A program made the translations under genes and the position numbers. The notes under the pieces were generated by a model. It saw only the letters and a program-made list of their open reading frames with translations, had not been told where the DNA came from and searched no databases. A DNA stretch of 44,825 nt from Nemertoderma westbladi. Its lineage: Eukaryota; Animalia; Xenacoelomorpha. Where the stretch lies: NCBI GenBank assembly GCA_032718475.1, contig JAUCBJ010006891.1:1-44825 (forward strand), written 5' to 3'. The stretch's first letter is position 1. Each line of letters starts with the position of its first letter. Below are positions 12,703-23,200 of this stretch, in pieces.

Positions 12703-12929
12703 GAGGTGTACGCGAACTTCTGGGTGTCGAGGAGAGCACTTTCGATAGGTCTATATCGCTGCCGCGAGAGGAGCCGTTGGGGTTGTTTCTGGAACAGAAA
12801 AGTTTCTCTGGACCGAAGACAGATAGTCTATCCTACGAGACATTCAGATTGAAGAAGGACTTCGCAATGAATAAATTGGATCCTTATATACAGTACAATG
12901 AACGGTCCTCACTTTCTGGGAAATCATAG
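12703..12929 (+). CDS. SAMD15: SAMD15-like gene, last coding exon
   Basis: Encodes (G)GVRELLGVEESTFDRSISLPREEPLGLFLEQKSFSGPKTDSLSYETF..., matching SAMD15 ELLEIEEP.F.RSISLP....GLYLEQK..TG.KSDSL. Acceptor ttttgctag|, phase 1. AATAAA at 13137. Total CDS is 426 nt. Confidence 0.9.
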
Positions 12930-13209
12930 AAGAATATTGAAAACTAGTCAACACAAGAGACAAAAAAACAGTTTATAGTGGAACACATAATATACATACC
13001 GGTAAATATTTTTATATTTTTCAATAGAATGAGCTTTCATGGTCCAGGATCTTCCGCATTTTCGTCTACAGAATATCGGTTTACGGTATACTGTATGTCT
13101 CGCTCTGGTTTACACATTGGCTTTCAATTTACAAACAATAAAATTAAAATATGGACATAGTAGCCTATTGCCGTTGTTGGAGATGTTCCAGATATGGGGG
13201 GGGGGGGGA

Positions 13210-13822
13210 CTGGACGCAATGCGTTGAAATCTCAACTTCGGTTTATTTTCCGAATCTGGTATTTTTCAATATTTGAAGTGCCACACCCTAATTTTGGTGC
13301 TCCAAAAAGCACGATCCACTAAGTCTTCAGGCTTCGATAATCAATTCAATTGATTCAGCGGTCCAGAAAACCTATAAAAACGCGTTGAAATCAAAATATG
13401 GGGGTATTTTCCGAATATTATATTTTTCAAAATTTGAAGTGCCACGCCCACTTCTTAGGTGCACGAAAAATAGCATCCAGTTCAATTTTCGGAAATGGAA
13501 TATAATCACATTCGATTCAGCGTAGTGAAAAACCTACTAATGCTAGCCAACAATGCCATACTATCATTTTTTAGAATATCAAAAAATGTTTATTTTGTCC
13601 TGGGGTGGGACTACTTCTATTTTTCATGAAAATTATTATACCCATACCCAGCTTATGAAATTTTCATTTTTTGGATTTGAAAATGTTCTTCGATAATTTT
13701 TTCGCCTACAGCCCAAATTTCGTAGGATTTTATTGGATGATTACAAAAATACAGCGGGGGGGCCGAATCGACCCCCCGCCAGTGCTGCTAATGGTCTAAA
13801 CACCCCAGTGGTACTAGGGTAA
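13210..13822. mobile_element. Non-autonomous DNA transposon fragment with a piggyBac-like end
   Basis: Internal ~165-bp degenerate duplication (atttgaagtgccac.ccc). The terminus reads gggggccgaatcgacccccc...gtactaggg|taaa, i.e. an AGGG end with a TTAA-like flank. Confidence 0.45.
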
Positions 13823-16468
13823 AGGGGGATGCATACATTAATGAGTTTCATTGGATCCATAGGAAGTTTAAGGGTTGAAACCGGCCTCTCTGAAGTGTAT
13901 CGTGTGTATTTTGGCGGTGTTTCGAAGATGTTATCTGGGAAAAAGTTTCCACAGAACATGCGCGCTATGCGCATTTTCGCAGATAAATATTCTGTTTGTT
14001 CTATTATTACATTTTTATATGAGGGAAAGAACAGGTATAACCAATTCAATTTCTTAATAATAAAATTTATCAAAATTTCTTTAATAAAATCTCCATTAAA
14101 AAACTGTACCACAGTAATAGACGTGGGAGAACCAAGTAAAAATGCATCGTGGTATCATTGAAAATCTTTTGGGAGGCCATGCATTATCTGGTTGTGACAC
14201 GGTTGCAAGTATGTTTGGGATTGGCAAAGCGAAAGTCATCAAGGCTTTGGAGAAAGGACTCACTCTTACTTGGTTGGGAGATATGGAAGCACGGCAATCT
14301 ACAGTCTTAATTGAATGTACTAACTGACTGGCGTGACTGCTATGGATATGACTCAGACAACATGACCCAGTCACGACAAAAGGTGTGCACATAAAAAACA
14401 ATTACCAGCTGTGCAAAGCTGCAAACAATACCACCAACCACTGACTCCTTCTCAGAGAACGTGAAAGGCACTAGTGTGTTATAGGTACACCCCCTCAAAA
14501 TTTTTTTACTAGCTAGTTTTTGCTATTTCTTTTTATGAACATGTTCTAGAACATGTTAGCTATTAAAAAAAAAATATATATATATGTTCTAGAAAAAATA
14601 TTTTTTGTTCTAGAACAATTAAAAAAAAAAAAAAATCCATGTAATATTCTTATTTTTTAATAATGTTCTAGAACATGTTAGATATTAAAAAAAAAATATA
14701 TATATATGTTCTAGAAAAAATATTTTTTGTTCTAGAACAATTTAAAAAAAAAAAATCAATGTACTATTCTTATTTTTTAATAATGTTCTAGAACATGTTA
14801 GCTATTCAGAACTAGAAAAAAAAAGTTCTAGAACAAATAGTTTTTGTTCTAGAACAGTTCAAAAAATATAAATTTTTTTTTTAATTTTATTTAGAATTTG
14901 TTTCATATAATTTTTAATCGTTGCTGGCAAGATGGGTTTGGGGGGGGGGGGGGGGTAGCTAGTATTTTTTTAATAGCTAATTAAAATTAACAAAATTCAC
15001 TGTATTGAGGTCATTATTTCAGAAATTAATGATATGCTTAGAATACGTATATTGTACAGTATAATATTTATTATTTAGCAGACAGCGGGAAATATTTTCT
15101 GATCAAATCCAACAGAGCAGAAAATGGGTTTTCTTTGTGTAGAAGCTTCCAACGAAACTCAGCTAGTTGTTGGGCGAAAGTCAAATCTTAGCTATAGAAA
15201 TTCGATTATTCTACAAAATTCACTTTCCTTAAATAAAACATAACTCACAAAAAAATAAAATTTGTAAGCTTTTTTTAAAATTTGTTCTAGAACAAAAAAT
15301 ATTTGTTCTAGAACAAAAAATATTTGTTCTAGAACAAAAAATATTTGTTCTAGAACATTTTATTATTTTTTTTCAAATGTATCTCATGTTCTAGAACATT
15401 TCATGAAATTTTTTTTTAAAAACTAGCTAGTAAAAAAAAATTGAGGGGGGGGGGGGTGTACCTATAACACACTAGTACCACGTGAAATAACGTGTTGAAG
15501 AACACGATGGAAATCAGACCACCTAGTGTAGACCCCAGATAATATGGGTGGAGAATAGCTAACAATGAACTTTCCCCGATTGCAATCCCTGAGGGCATAC
15601 CACCAGCTCCGGAATGCATTTTGCAATTAATTCGGTGTAACTGTTAATTCAAAATCCAATGTAAATCGCAGAAGTGCACCTGCAGAAAAAACCAACCTGG
15701 TTACACAGAATTTTACAGCTGCAATAAAGATTCATGCGCAAACTTTTCGTAATCTCATATTATATTATAATCAAACAATGAATAATATAAAATGCATAGT
15801 CTCCATATTCGCCATGCATTAAATAAATTTTGTATATTTAGCATTAAAAAAGTGTTATAAACAAGCAGGAGACAAATTATTTATATATACATTTTAAGGT
15901 AATAAATTTCTGTCAAGGTTTTAAATGCTTCAGATGTGATGTCTGCAATAAATTACTGTGGTTTCCATGAAAGCGGGTATTTGTTGCTAACCATACTTCT
16001 ACACAAAAATGATGTGGTGCATATAAAGGGGAACATATATAACCTTATACATATTTAGAACTTTATATTTAGGGAAACATATTATTAATAAAGTGCACAA
16101 ACGAGACAAAAAACACATGAGTGACAGTAGGCATAGTAGTTTTTCATTTGGAAAGAAAGAGCGATAGCTGTAGTGCCTTCGTTACCATAGCAACACTTCA
16201 ATAGTTTCTCTAAAATTTTCATATTTTCGATCAAAATTATAACCAGTTCAAGCCCAATTGTTAATCGCCATTCTTAGATTGCTAAGCTTTCATAGAAACT
16301 GCTGTACTCCATAGAAACGAGTCATTTATTCAAATTGCCCAAGGTGTCAAAGTCCATAAATCACTTTTTTATGTTAAGAGGGACCCCTAGACACCAAAAC
16401 ATCCAAAAAATATAATCTGTCCAAAAATTTTCGGTTAGGCCAAAAAGAGGTACGTGGCTGCCGGACTA
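13823..16468 (+). mobile_element. Decayed Academ (AcademX-type) DNA transposon, 3' part with internal deletions
   Basis: Transposase fragment GMHTLMSFIGSIG..GL..MLSGKKF (13826-13980), XPG/H3TH-like HALSGCDTVASMFGIGK (~14175), PPT...NVK, then DP..YGW..PAPECILQLIRCNC..C..KCTCRK Cys-rich tail (15530-15745). The right end GTGGCTGCCGGACTA is the reverse complement of a TAGTCCGGCAGCCAC terminus. Confidence 0.7.
14472..15474. mobile_element. ~1-kb MITE with TIRs and many GTTCTAGAAC palindromes, nested in the Academ remnant
   Basis: TIR TAGTGTGTTATAGGTACACCCC at 14472 and GGGGTGTACCTATAACACACTA ending at 15474. Internal ~125-bp tandem duplication and 21-bp repeats (15283-15357). Flanks are gcac/gtac. 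Confidence 0.8.
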
Positions 16469-16539
16469 GTACATTAGTTGTCCATCACGGTGTTATCTCT
16501 GATTGGCATTGTATATACTGTAATTCAGTAAGTATTGAA

Positions 16540-16900
16540 CTACATTGACGTCCTGGATTCGGAATGTCTCAGTTTCGGCCCACCAATCCCCGAGTCCGAT
16601 GGAGCCGTGTAACTTATTTTACCACCGACTTCGTTGCTGGCCCGCGTTCCCTCGGCAACCGGTTCCTTATTGGCCTGGGAATCGCTAACCAGTCTCGCGG
16701 ACGCCGGCACGCTGATTGGTGAACCCGCGTTGGCAACTGGAAGCGGATTGTTGGATCCCATTGGACGGATTCGGTTGTTTCTACGACGACACAGCAGATC
16801 TAGAAGGCAGTCCCGCATGTCACGGATCTGCCAAATGTAAATAAATGGGTTCCAAGCACAGCTAGACATCGCCATTAGCACTGACAGCTTCCCATAAACA
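16540..16900 (-). CDS. Orphan class-A GPCR, last exon (TM7, helix 8, C-tail)
   Basis: (S)VYGKLSVLMAMSSCAWNPFIYIWQIRDMRDCL... contains NPxxY. Acceptor ttttgcag| in phase 2 matches the exon at 29248; stop at 16540. Confidence 0.85.
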
Positions 16901-17175
16901 CTGCAAAAATATTAAAGGATGTTGAAGTCGGTATAGAAGAAAAAATGTAGGCCTACAATGTGTAATGTTAAATCCTTAAACTTATTCTTCTTGTAAATAT
17001 TTGGTGCATAAAACGTTGAACTCCTCCTAAACAAAGTTATTTTTCATTGAAAAAGCGGCAGTTATCTGCCAGACTTTTATTATCGGTTTTATTCTTTATT
17101 ATTATTGGTAATTAAAAGATTTTTAAAACAAGAATTTTAAAACAAGCAAACAGTCGGCCCAAGCTGGAGGCCCCC

Positions 17176-18312
17176 TGTTCGCGCTTTTAGACCTTTAGCA
17201 GTTTAACCTGCCAATTTTAGTTGTCCTCTTGTTTATAAATCGACTTTAGCCTATATCAATTACCTAGTATACTGAAATTACATCAGCCGAAGCCAGTCCG
17301 TGCGCGGCGTATGACCCACGGTGTGGCAGACTGGATTCGGATTCCTTGAGAGTGATTGCGGTGTAGACCTACTGTATTATTCGATTGATCGCTACTATAT
17401 GATCTCTGACAAATATATTTACTTTCGGGGAAATATTAAAAGTTCCTTTAGGACGTGGCGCTTTAAGTATAAAAACAGAGTTATGACTTATACTAATCAC
17501 AACTAGATGGCCACAGAGTTTCGTAAATAGCGCATTCTTTAGGAGATGCTTTATTAACCTTCACACTACTTCACACGACTTCACACTACTTCACACTAAT
17601 CTGCCGACCGTCACTGAATTTGATCATATATAAGGAGGATCGCAACTGACACACGTAGGGATTATGAAATAGCATTTAATTCACACAAAAACCACTATAA
17701 TTTAAGTCGCAGTTGCTACCGGTAAACCTGTTCCTCTTACCTCAGTAATCAAGAAGATTGAGGGGTTTATGATTATTTATCAGTATTCTCCAAATATAAC
17801 AGCAATATCCATTAATATAACAACAATTAATAACAGAAGTAAAATAATGCGGTGAACAGTCAGTATGTGTTAAAATACCGTAATGTTCAGTAATTAAGTG
17901 ATGAAATGAGTTAAGGCAATGTGCAGTGATGCAATCAGTAATGAGCCAGGTTAATAGATTTACGTTCTTATATTCAAGGCCATCTGATGTTTCCTAGGCC
18001 AAAGTCTGAAACTTCTACACAGAAGCACAGAAAATTCTGAGTTATTTCTGAGGCTCAGAAAAATAGTAAACAAAGACCGTAATGCATTGCGCGAGTTTCC
18101 ATAGGCCTCTGTTAGACATAAAGGGAAAATCGCTCTGATTGGCCGAATAAGGCAGAACAAAGAACCTCCACGTCCACAAAGAATCAGCTGACAGACTTAG
18201 TCATCTGGGCTCCAATTCCTTCCCGTCGCGTAGTTGGATAAATTTAGGGCTATTTTAGAGTATTCTGCGCATTGCGTGAAAATGATTTGTTATGTCCGCA
18301 AAAGCTTATCCA
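17176..18312 (-). repeat. 3' LTR of the BEL element
   Basis: Near-identical to 27122-28258 (~18 substitutions by eye). Preceded on the minus strand by the purine tract GGGAGCGG. Contains (cttcacacta)x4 near 17559-17598. Confidence 0.92.
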
Positions 18313-18390
18313 CCGCTCCCAGAAAATGGGATTTAAGTTCATAAAATATAAAAAATTACAGTTTCTAAAATACAAAAATACTCTAAACTA

Positions 18391-20223
18391 TTAGTCCTTC
18401 TTTCGTGAACGGCGTTTACGAAGTTTTTTGAGGCTAGCAAGAGTCCTTTTCTCTTTGGGGCGAGCCACTTTACTAGGAGGGCTATAACTCCTGGGTGAGG
18501 GGTGCAATACAATTGCATCGGAAGGTTTCGGATTACGGTCGGTGTATCCGCCAGTCGAGGTACCCGGTTGATCGATATCAACCTCAGTGGAACGAGGTCG
18601 AACAACCTTTAGAGCGCGTTTCAGGACAGCAGCTCTTACTGGTCCCTGACGAGTCGTTTGCACAAGACCGGTAGGTGGACCGTGAGTAGTGAGAAATTTC
18701 CTCGGTTTGATGGTTCTTTCCAACTCGCGTTCTCTGGCTCTTTATTCATATGGTCGTCTATGAACTTCTTGTAGCTCTGGATGCGAGTTTATGAACAAGT
18801 CACCGCGGGATTTATCAATGGTAGAAACTTTAAACTGTGCGTAGGATCTTCCGGTTTCACCATATAATATTGAGTTAAATTGACATAATAGGGGTGGTCT
18901 TTGATCCCATAAAATGAGTTCGGTAAAGGTCTAGCGCGCAGGTTGACCTCGTGTACCATATGACGGACAAGATCCGCTCGATTGTCCGGAGGTTCAACGA
19001 GTACACCGTCGACACGAGCAGCCTCGATTGGCGGACGTTGTAACATAGGAGCGTCAGCGATAAGATCTCTAGATCTTAAGTTGATATAAACCGGTTGGGG
19101 TTGTACCGTGGTGAAGAGTTTGTCTCCGAAATGGGGAACCATTGAAGGATGAATAATGGTTTTGGAATAGAGATGAGTCATAAGGATTTGAGCTTCTGGC
19201 TGGGCTAAAGCTGCTTCTTCTCTTTCGTCCATTTCGATATGCTTCTCCTCGAGCTGATTTTCCTCAGCTTGTCGTTGGAAGCGTTCTTCCAAAAACTCCT
19301 GCAAAGAGTAGGTTCGTCCAAGTTCGATATCTTCTTCGAGATTCTGGATTTCCCTTATCGAAATGGGGTAAAGCTAATTCTTTTACCGCTTGGACTTGTT
19401 GCTGCAACTTACGTTTGTCTAAACAATCGTAGGTTCCTTTTCTTATCTTTTGTCGAATAGCATCTAATGCGTTTCGTATAACGCTCTCCTCCACCTCGGT
19501 GACGGGTTGTATCGGGGTTAAACCGGGACGATTATACGGGTTGAACGGCGATATTAGATGTCCGCGTCCCAATCCGGCTAGGTAGGATGGCCGAATATCT
19601 AGGGAGCCCACAACCGGAGTGCCACCGACTAATTGTTCGGGTAACACTAGATCTTTGAACAATGAGTACAGTTCAGGAGGATCCGTCATACTATTAGGAT
19701 CAAGACTCTGAGGTCTCACCAGGGAATGAGGAGGTCTGACCGAGTATTCCGGAACTCTGATCATCGGTTTATTTAAGGATCGTTTGAGTTGAGCGAGCGT
19801 GGGTGATATATCGAACAAGTTTCGCTCGAAACTCCCGTAAGTATAGCGAGTAAAACTGTGTTTAGCGCAACGTTTCCGCGGATGTTTATGTCTTTCCGTT
19901 TGTTGGTTGGGTCTAGGGCATTCATCGCAATAATACCAAAGACGCACGTCTTGTAGGGGAAATGCGGGTGATCTTTCTCCAGTTTTACAATATTCCTCCA
20001 TCTGTTCAAAGCTATCCGGTACAACAGGTAGCGGTCGATCGGCGGTGAGATACATCATAGTGAAATAGAGTCGTTTGAGTTCTATCATAGGGTTATGATG
20101 TATACCTTGAGGATATCGAGTTTCTAGATTTTGTTGACTGGCTACATTGAGATATGTTTCTCTCAAGAATTCCAAATATTCGTTGAAGTCACTGCATTTA
20201 TCCGGCTCTTCAACGTCTTCTCG
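18391..20223 (-). pseudogene. Unrecognised ~600-codon 3' ORF of the BEL element (two frameshifts)
   Basis: ORFs 19264..20175, 18789..19304 and 18391..18723. CxxC/His cluster YCDECPRP..HKHPRKRCAKH and basic C-terminus LKKLRKRRSRKKD. No RT, RNase H, integrase or transmembrane motifs. Confidence 0.6.
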
Positions 20224-23200
20224 TTAGGAGATCGTTACTTGTAAGAACATGCCTTCTATGTCCGAAGCGAATGCGATAGAATATTGCCGCAATCTTAATA
20301 ATATTCCCAACAAAGATTGGAGTAAGTTGGGTCCCGGCAACAGTTCTGAGTTCAGGGATTGACCCATGTAAAGGGCGGAGCCGTCAAACACTACCCAGAC
20401 TTCGTTAGGTTTACCGGGCTTGGGAACGTAATGATGTGTTAGATAATACATTCTCTCCGTTATGTGTGTTTCTTCCGGAACTCACTCCGCATATCCTTTA
20501 TCAATAAATTTCTTCAGTTGGGTTTTATACATTTCTCTGGCTTGAACATTGGCCGTCAGACGCCGATGTAGTTGTGCGATTCTCTTTTCCGCTAAAGGTC
20601 GGTTATTTACGAAGCTGGGTTCTCGCCGTCGGAACGGAAGATCTATCTCATAGCGACCTTCGTCCTTCAGATAACATGTAGTCGTTTCCTGAATCTGCTT
20701 GGCTCTCTCTTCCTCGACAGACAAGGCTTTGTCGTAGGAATTAGGCTCTACGGCTTCTTGAGTAAAGAATCATACGGCGTGTTCATCACGGATTTTGTTA
20801 TTGTATCGATCTATCACTTTGTTTAATTCGTCGTTATAAGTAAATTGTCCGCCATGTTGATTGATGAGATGGCATAGGTTGGCTTGGTTTAACCACGTTT
20901 GGTTCTCAGTGAGGATGTCTAGGACATTTTCCTCATCATACAATTAGTTAATGTCGTCGTTGTCTGAGGAGTATGGCACTTCCTCAGTTGTGGTTTCTCC
21001 CTCACTGATTTCTTCTTCCCATTCACTCACCTGATGTATTCTTTCATTAGGGAGTCTTTCCATTAGGGTTCTACGGGAAGGTCCAGTGAAGTACCAACCT
21101 ACTCTCGTTCTTCCCGCGTACGTCTGCAATGGTTGCGGTTGAGCAGGCCGTTTTTCTAATGTCTCAAGCGCTTCGTGCGCATTTTGGCCGAGTAAGATCT
21201 GCACCCCTGGATAATCAGTGTTGAATCTAGGTATATTATGTTGCTGGGTAAAATGATCTTCATCCCAGTTGTAAGGCTCCACTTGGCTAGTAGCAAAGTT
21301 CTTTATCGCTACCATTTTGACCGACCTTACACTATGTTCTCCTAGTTCATCCTAGGGAGTGGACAACGCACCCATGTAGTAATCTGTGGCTACTGTGGAT
21401 TTCCAAACCTGCATAATTCCGGAAAGGTTCAACTTAGTTCGGAACTTGGGTTGTCCAGCAAAGATGTCTTCGGCTAGTTCTTTGTCAATGAAGGTGCCTG
21501 TGCTGCCGGAGTCAAGGAGGGTGTTTACTATCAGGCTCTTCCCTAGCCCATGGACTCTCAGTTGCACCACAGGGAATTCCCGGATTCCGACAGATGAAGT
21601 TGGCGCTTTCCAAGATGGCTGTCGATCCGGAATAGTCAGCCGAGGATTTTAATAGTCTGTTTCAGTCTCATACGTAAGTGCTCTATACACAGCGGTGTTG
21701 ATCATGTAACAGGATTCATTTTCGTTGGAGAATTCGTCCGTGTAGAATCCTTCCATCTCCGAACTGTGGTCAGTGTCGTTCACATCACTGAATTGGACAT
21801 GTAGTTCGGGCTCACTTTCCTGACTCGTGCGGGTTCTGTCAAATTCGGTGTGCAGCAAGATATGATGTTTCGCGCCGTACTTAGCACACTTCACGTCTGA
21901 GTAACAGGTCCGTCGTTGATGTCCTCGTCTGAGGCAATTATAACACAACCGCTTATCCCACATGACATCACGTCTATCCTTCAGGGATTTCTTCAAGAAT
22001 TCATCACACACACTCAAGCGATGTGGCCCGTCGCACAATATACATTTGGGCTTGATGTTACTTACTTTAACCTGTGTTGTGTTGTGCATACTGGTTCTTT
22101 CCTCGGGCTTTCTTCCATGAATTCTCTTAGGAGACGTAGGAGGAGTTGTTACCTGTTCTCTCCTGTCACTGATTCGAGACTTAGATTTACTTACATCTTT
22201 CCTCATTTTATTGACATAATAAGATCTTTCGGTGTCCTTACCGCTGTTCTCATCATATGAGGTTTGGCTTTCGCCATCGTCCGTATAACACACTGGTGTT
22301 ACCTTTCTCCTAGAAACGGGTTTTTCACTCACCTTACTTTCCGGTGTCTTCTCTCTGGACTGCTTTAGGAGCTGTAATCTTACCTCTCCATTTAAGAATG
22401 ACATGAGATCAGCCATGGTAGGGTCTCTTTGTTGCTGGTCCATCATATAGAGAACCTTTTTGTCCCAGCGAGTACCTACTCCACCCTTTGGCAAAGTAGA
22501 TGCTACGGCTCCAACAACCATAGAACTCTGGTATTCTTGAGACTTACCTAACCAATCTAGCTGTCTACAGATCTCCTGAATCTCATCGGAAAACTCTATA
22601 ATCCCGCTGCTAAGAAACTTTCGGGGCGCTACTAATTTCGCATATAAATACCTAGCTATGTTAGTCCTATTACCATACCTGATGTTTAGTGTATCCCAAA
22701 CTTGTCTTAATCCGTCTGGATGTCCAATAAACTTTAACGCCATTAACTTGGGAGCTCCTTCCAGGCACTCGATGAGGAATCTAAGTTTCTCTCCGTTAGA
22801 TAGTACAGAGTTCTGTATGTTATCTTTATAATATTCATTAAAAGGTAACCATTTCATCTCATCTCAATTGAACTTGACGACCTCTCCCACCTTTACCGCT
22901 TGATGGGCTTCGGTTCTAGCCATTTGACGTGTAAAACTTTCTTGAGCCATCGTATTATTTAATATCGAGTTATCGGTATATAAATTTCTCGGATTATGAT
23001 CAGATCTGTATGGGATATCATTATCAACAGGTTTATAATTACCCTTAATAGGGTTTACTATAGGAGTTTCTACTTCACTAGCAGTATAGATGCGTGTAGG
23101 CTCCACACCTTGCGCATGAAATACTTCAGACCTAACGGGTTGACACATTGTTACAGGGGGTGGTGGTATACCCATTTGTAAATTTACTAATTTATCATGC

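Noticed and set aside
18391-20223. env gene in the BEL element
   Set aside because: No signal peptide, fusion peptide or transmembrane anchor is evident.
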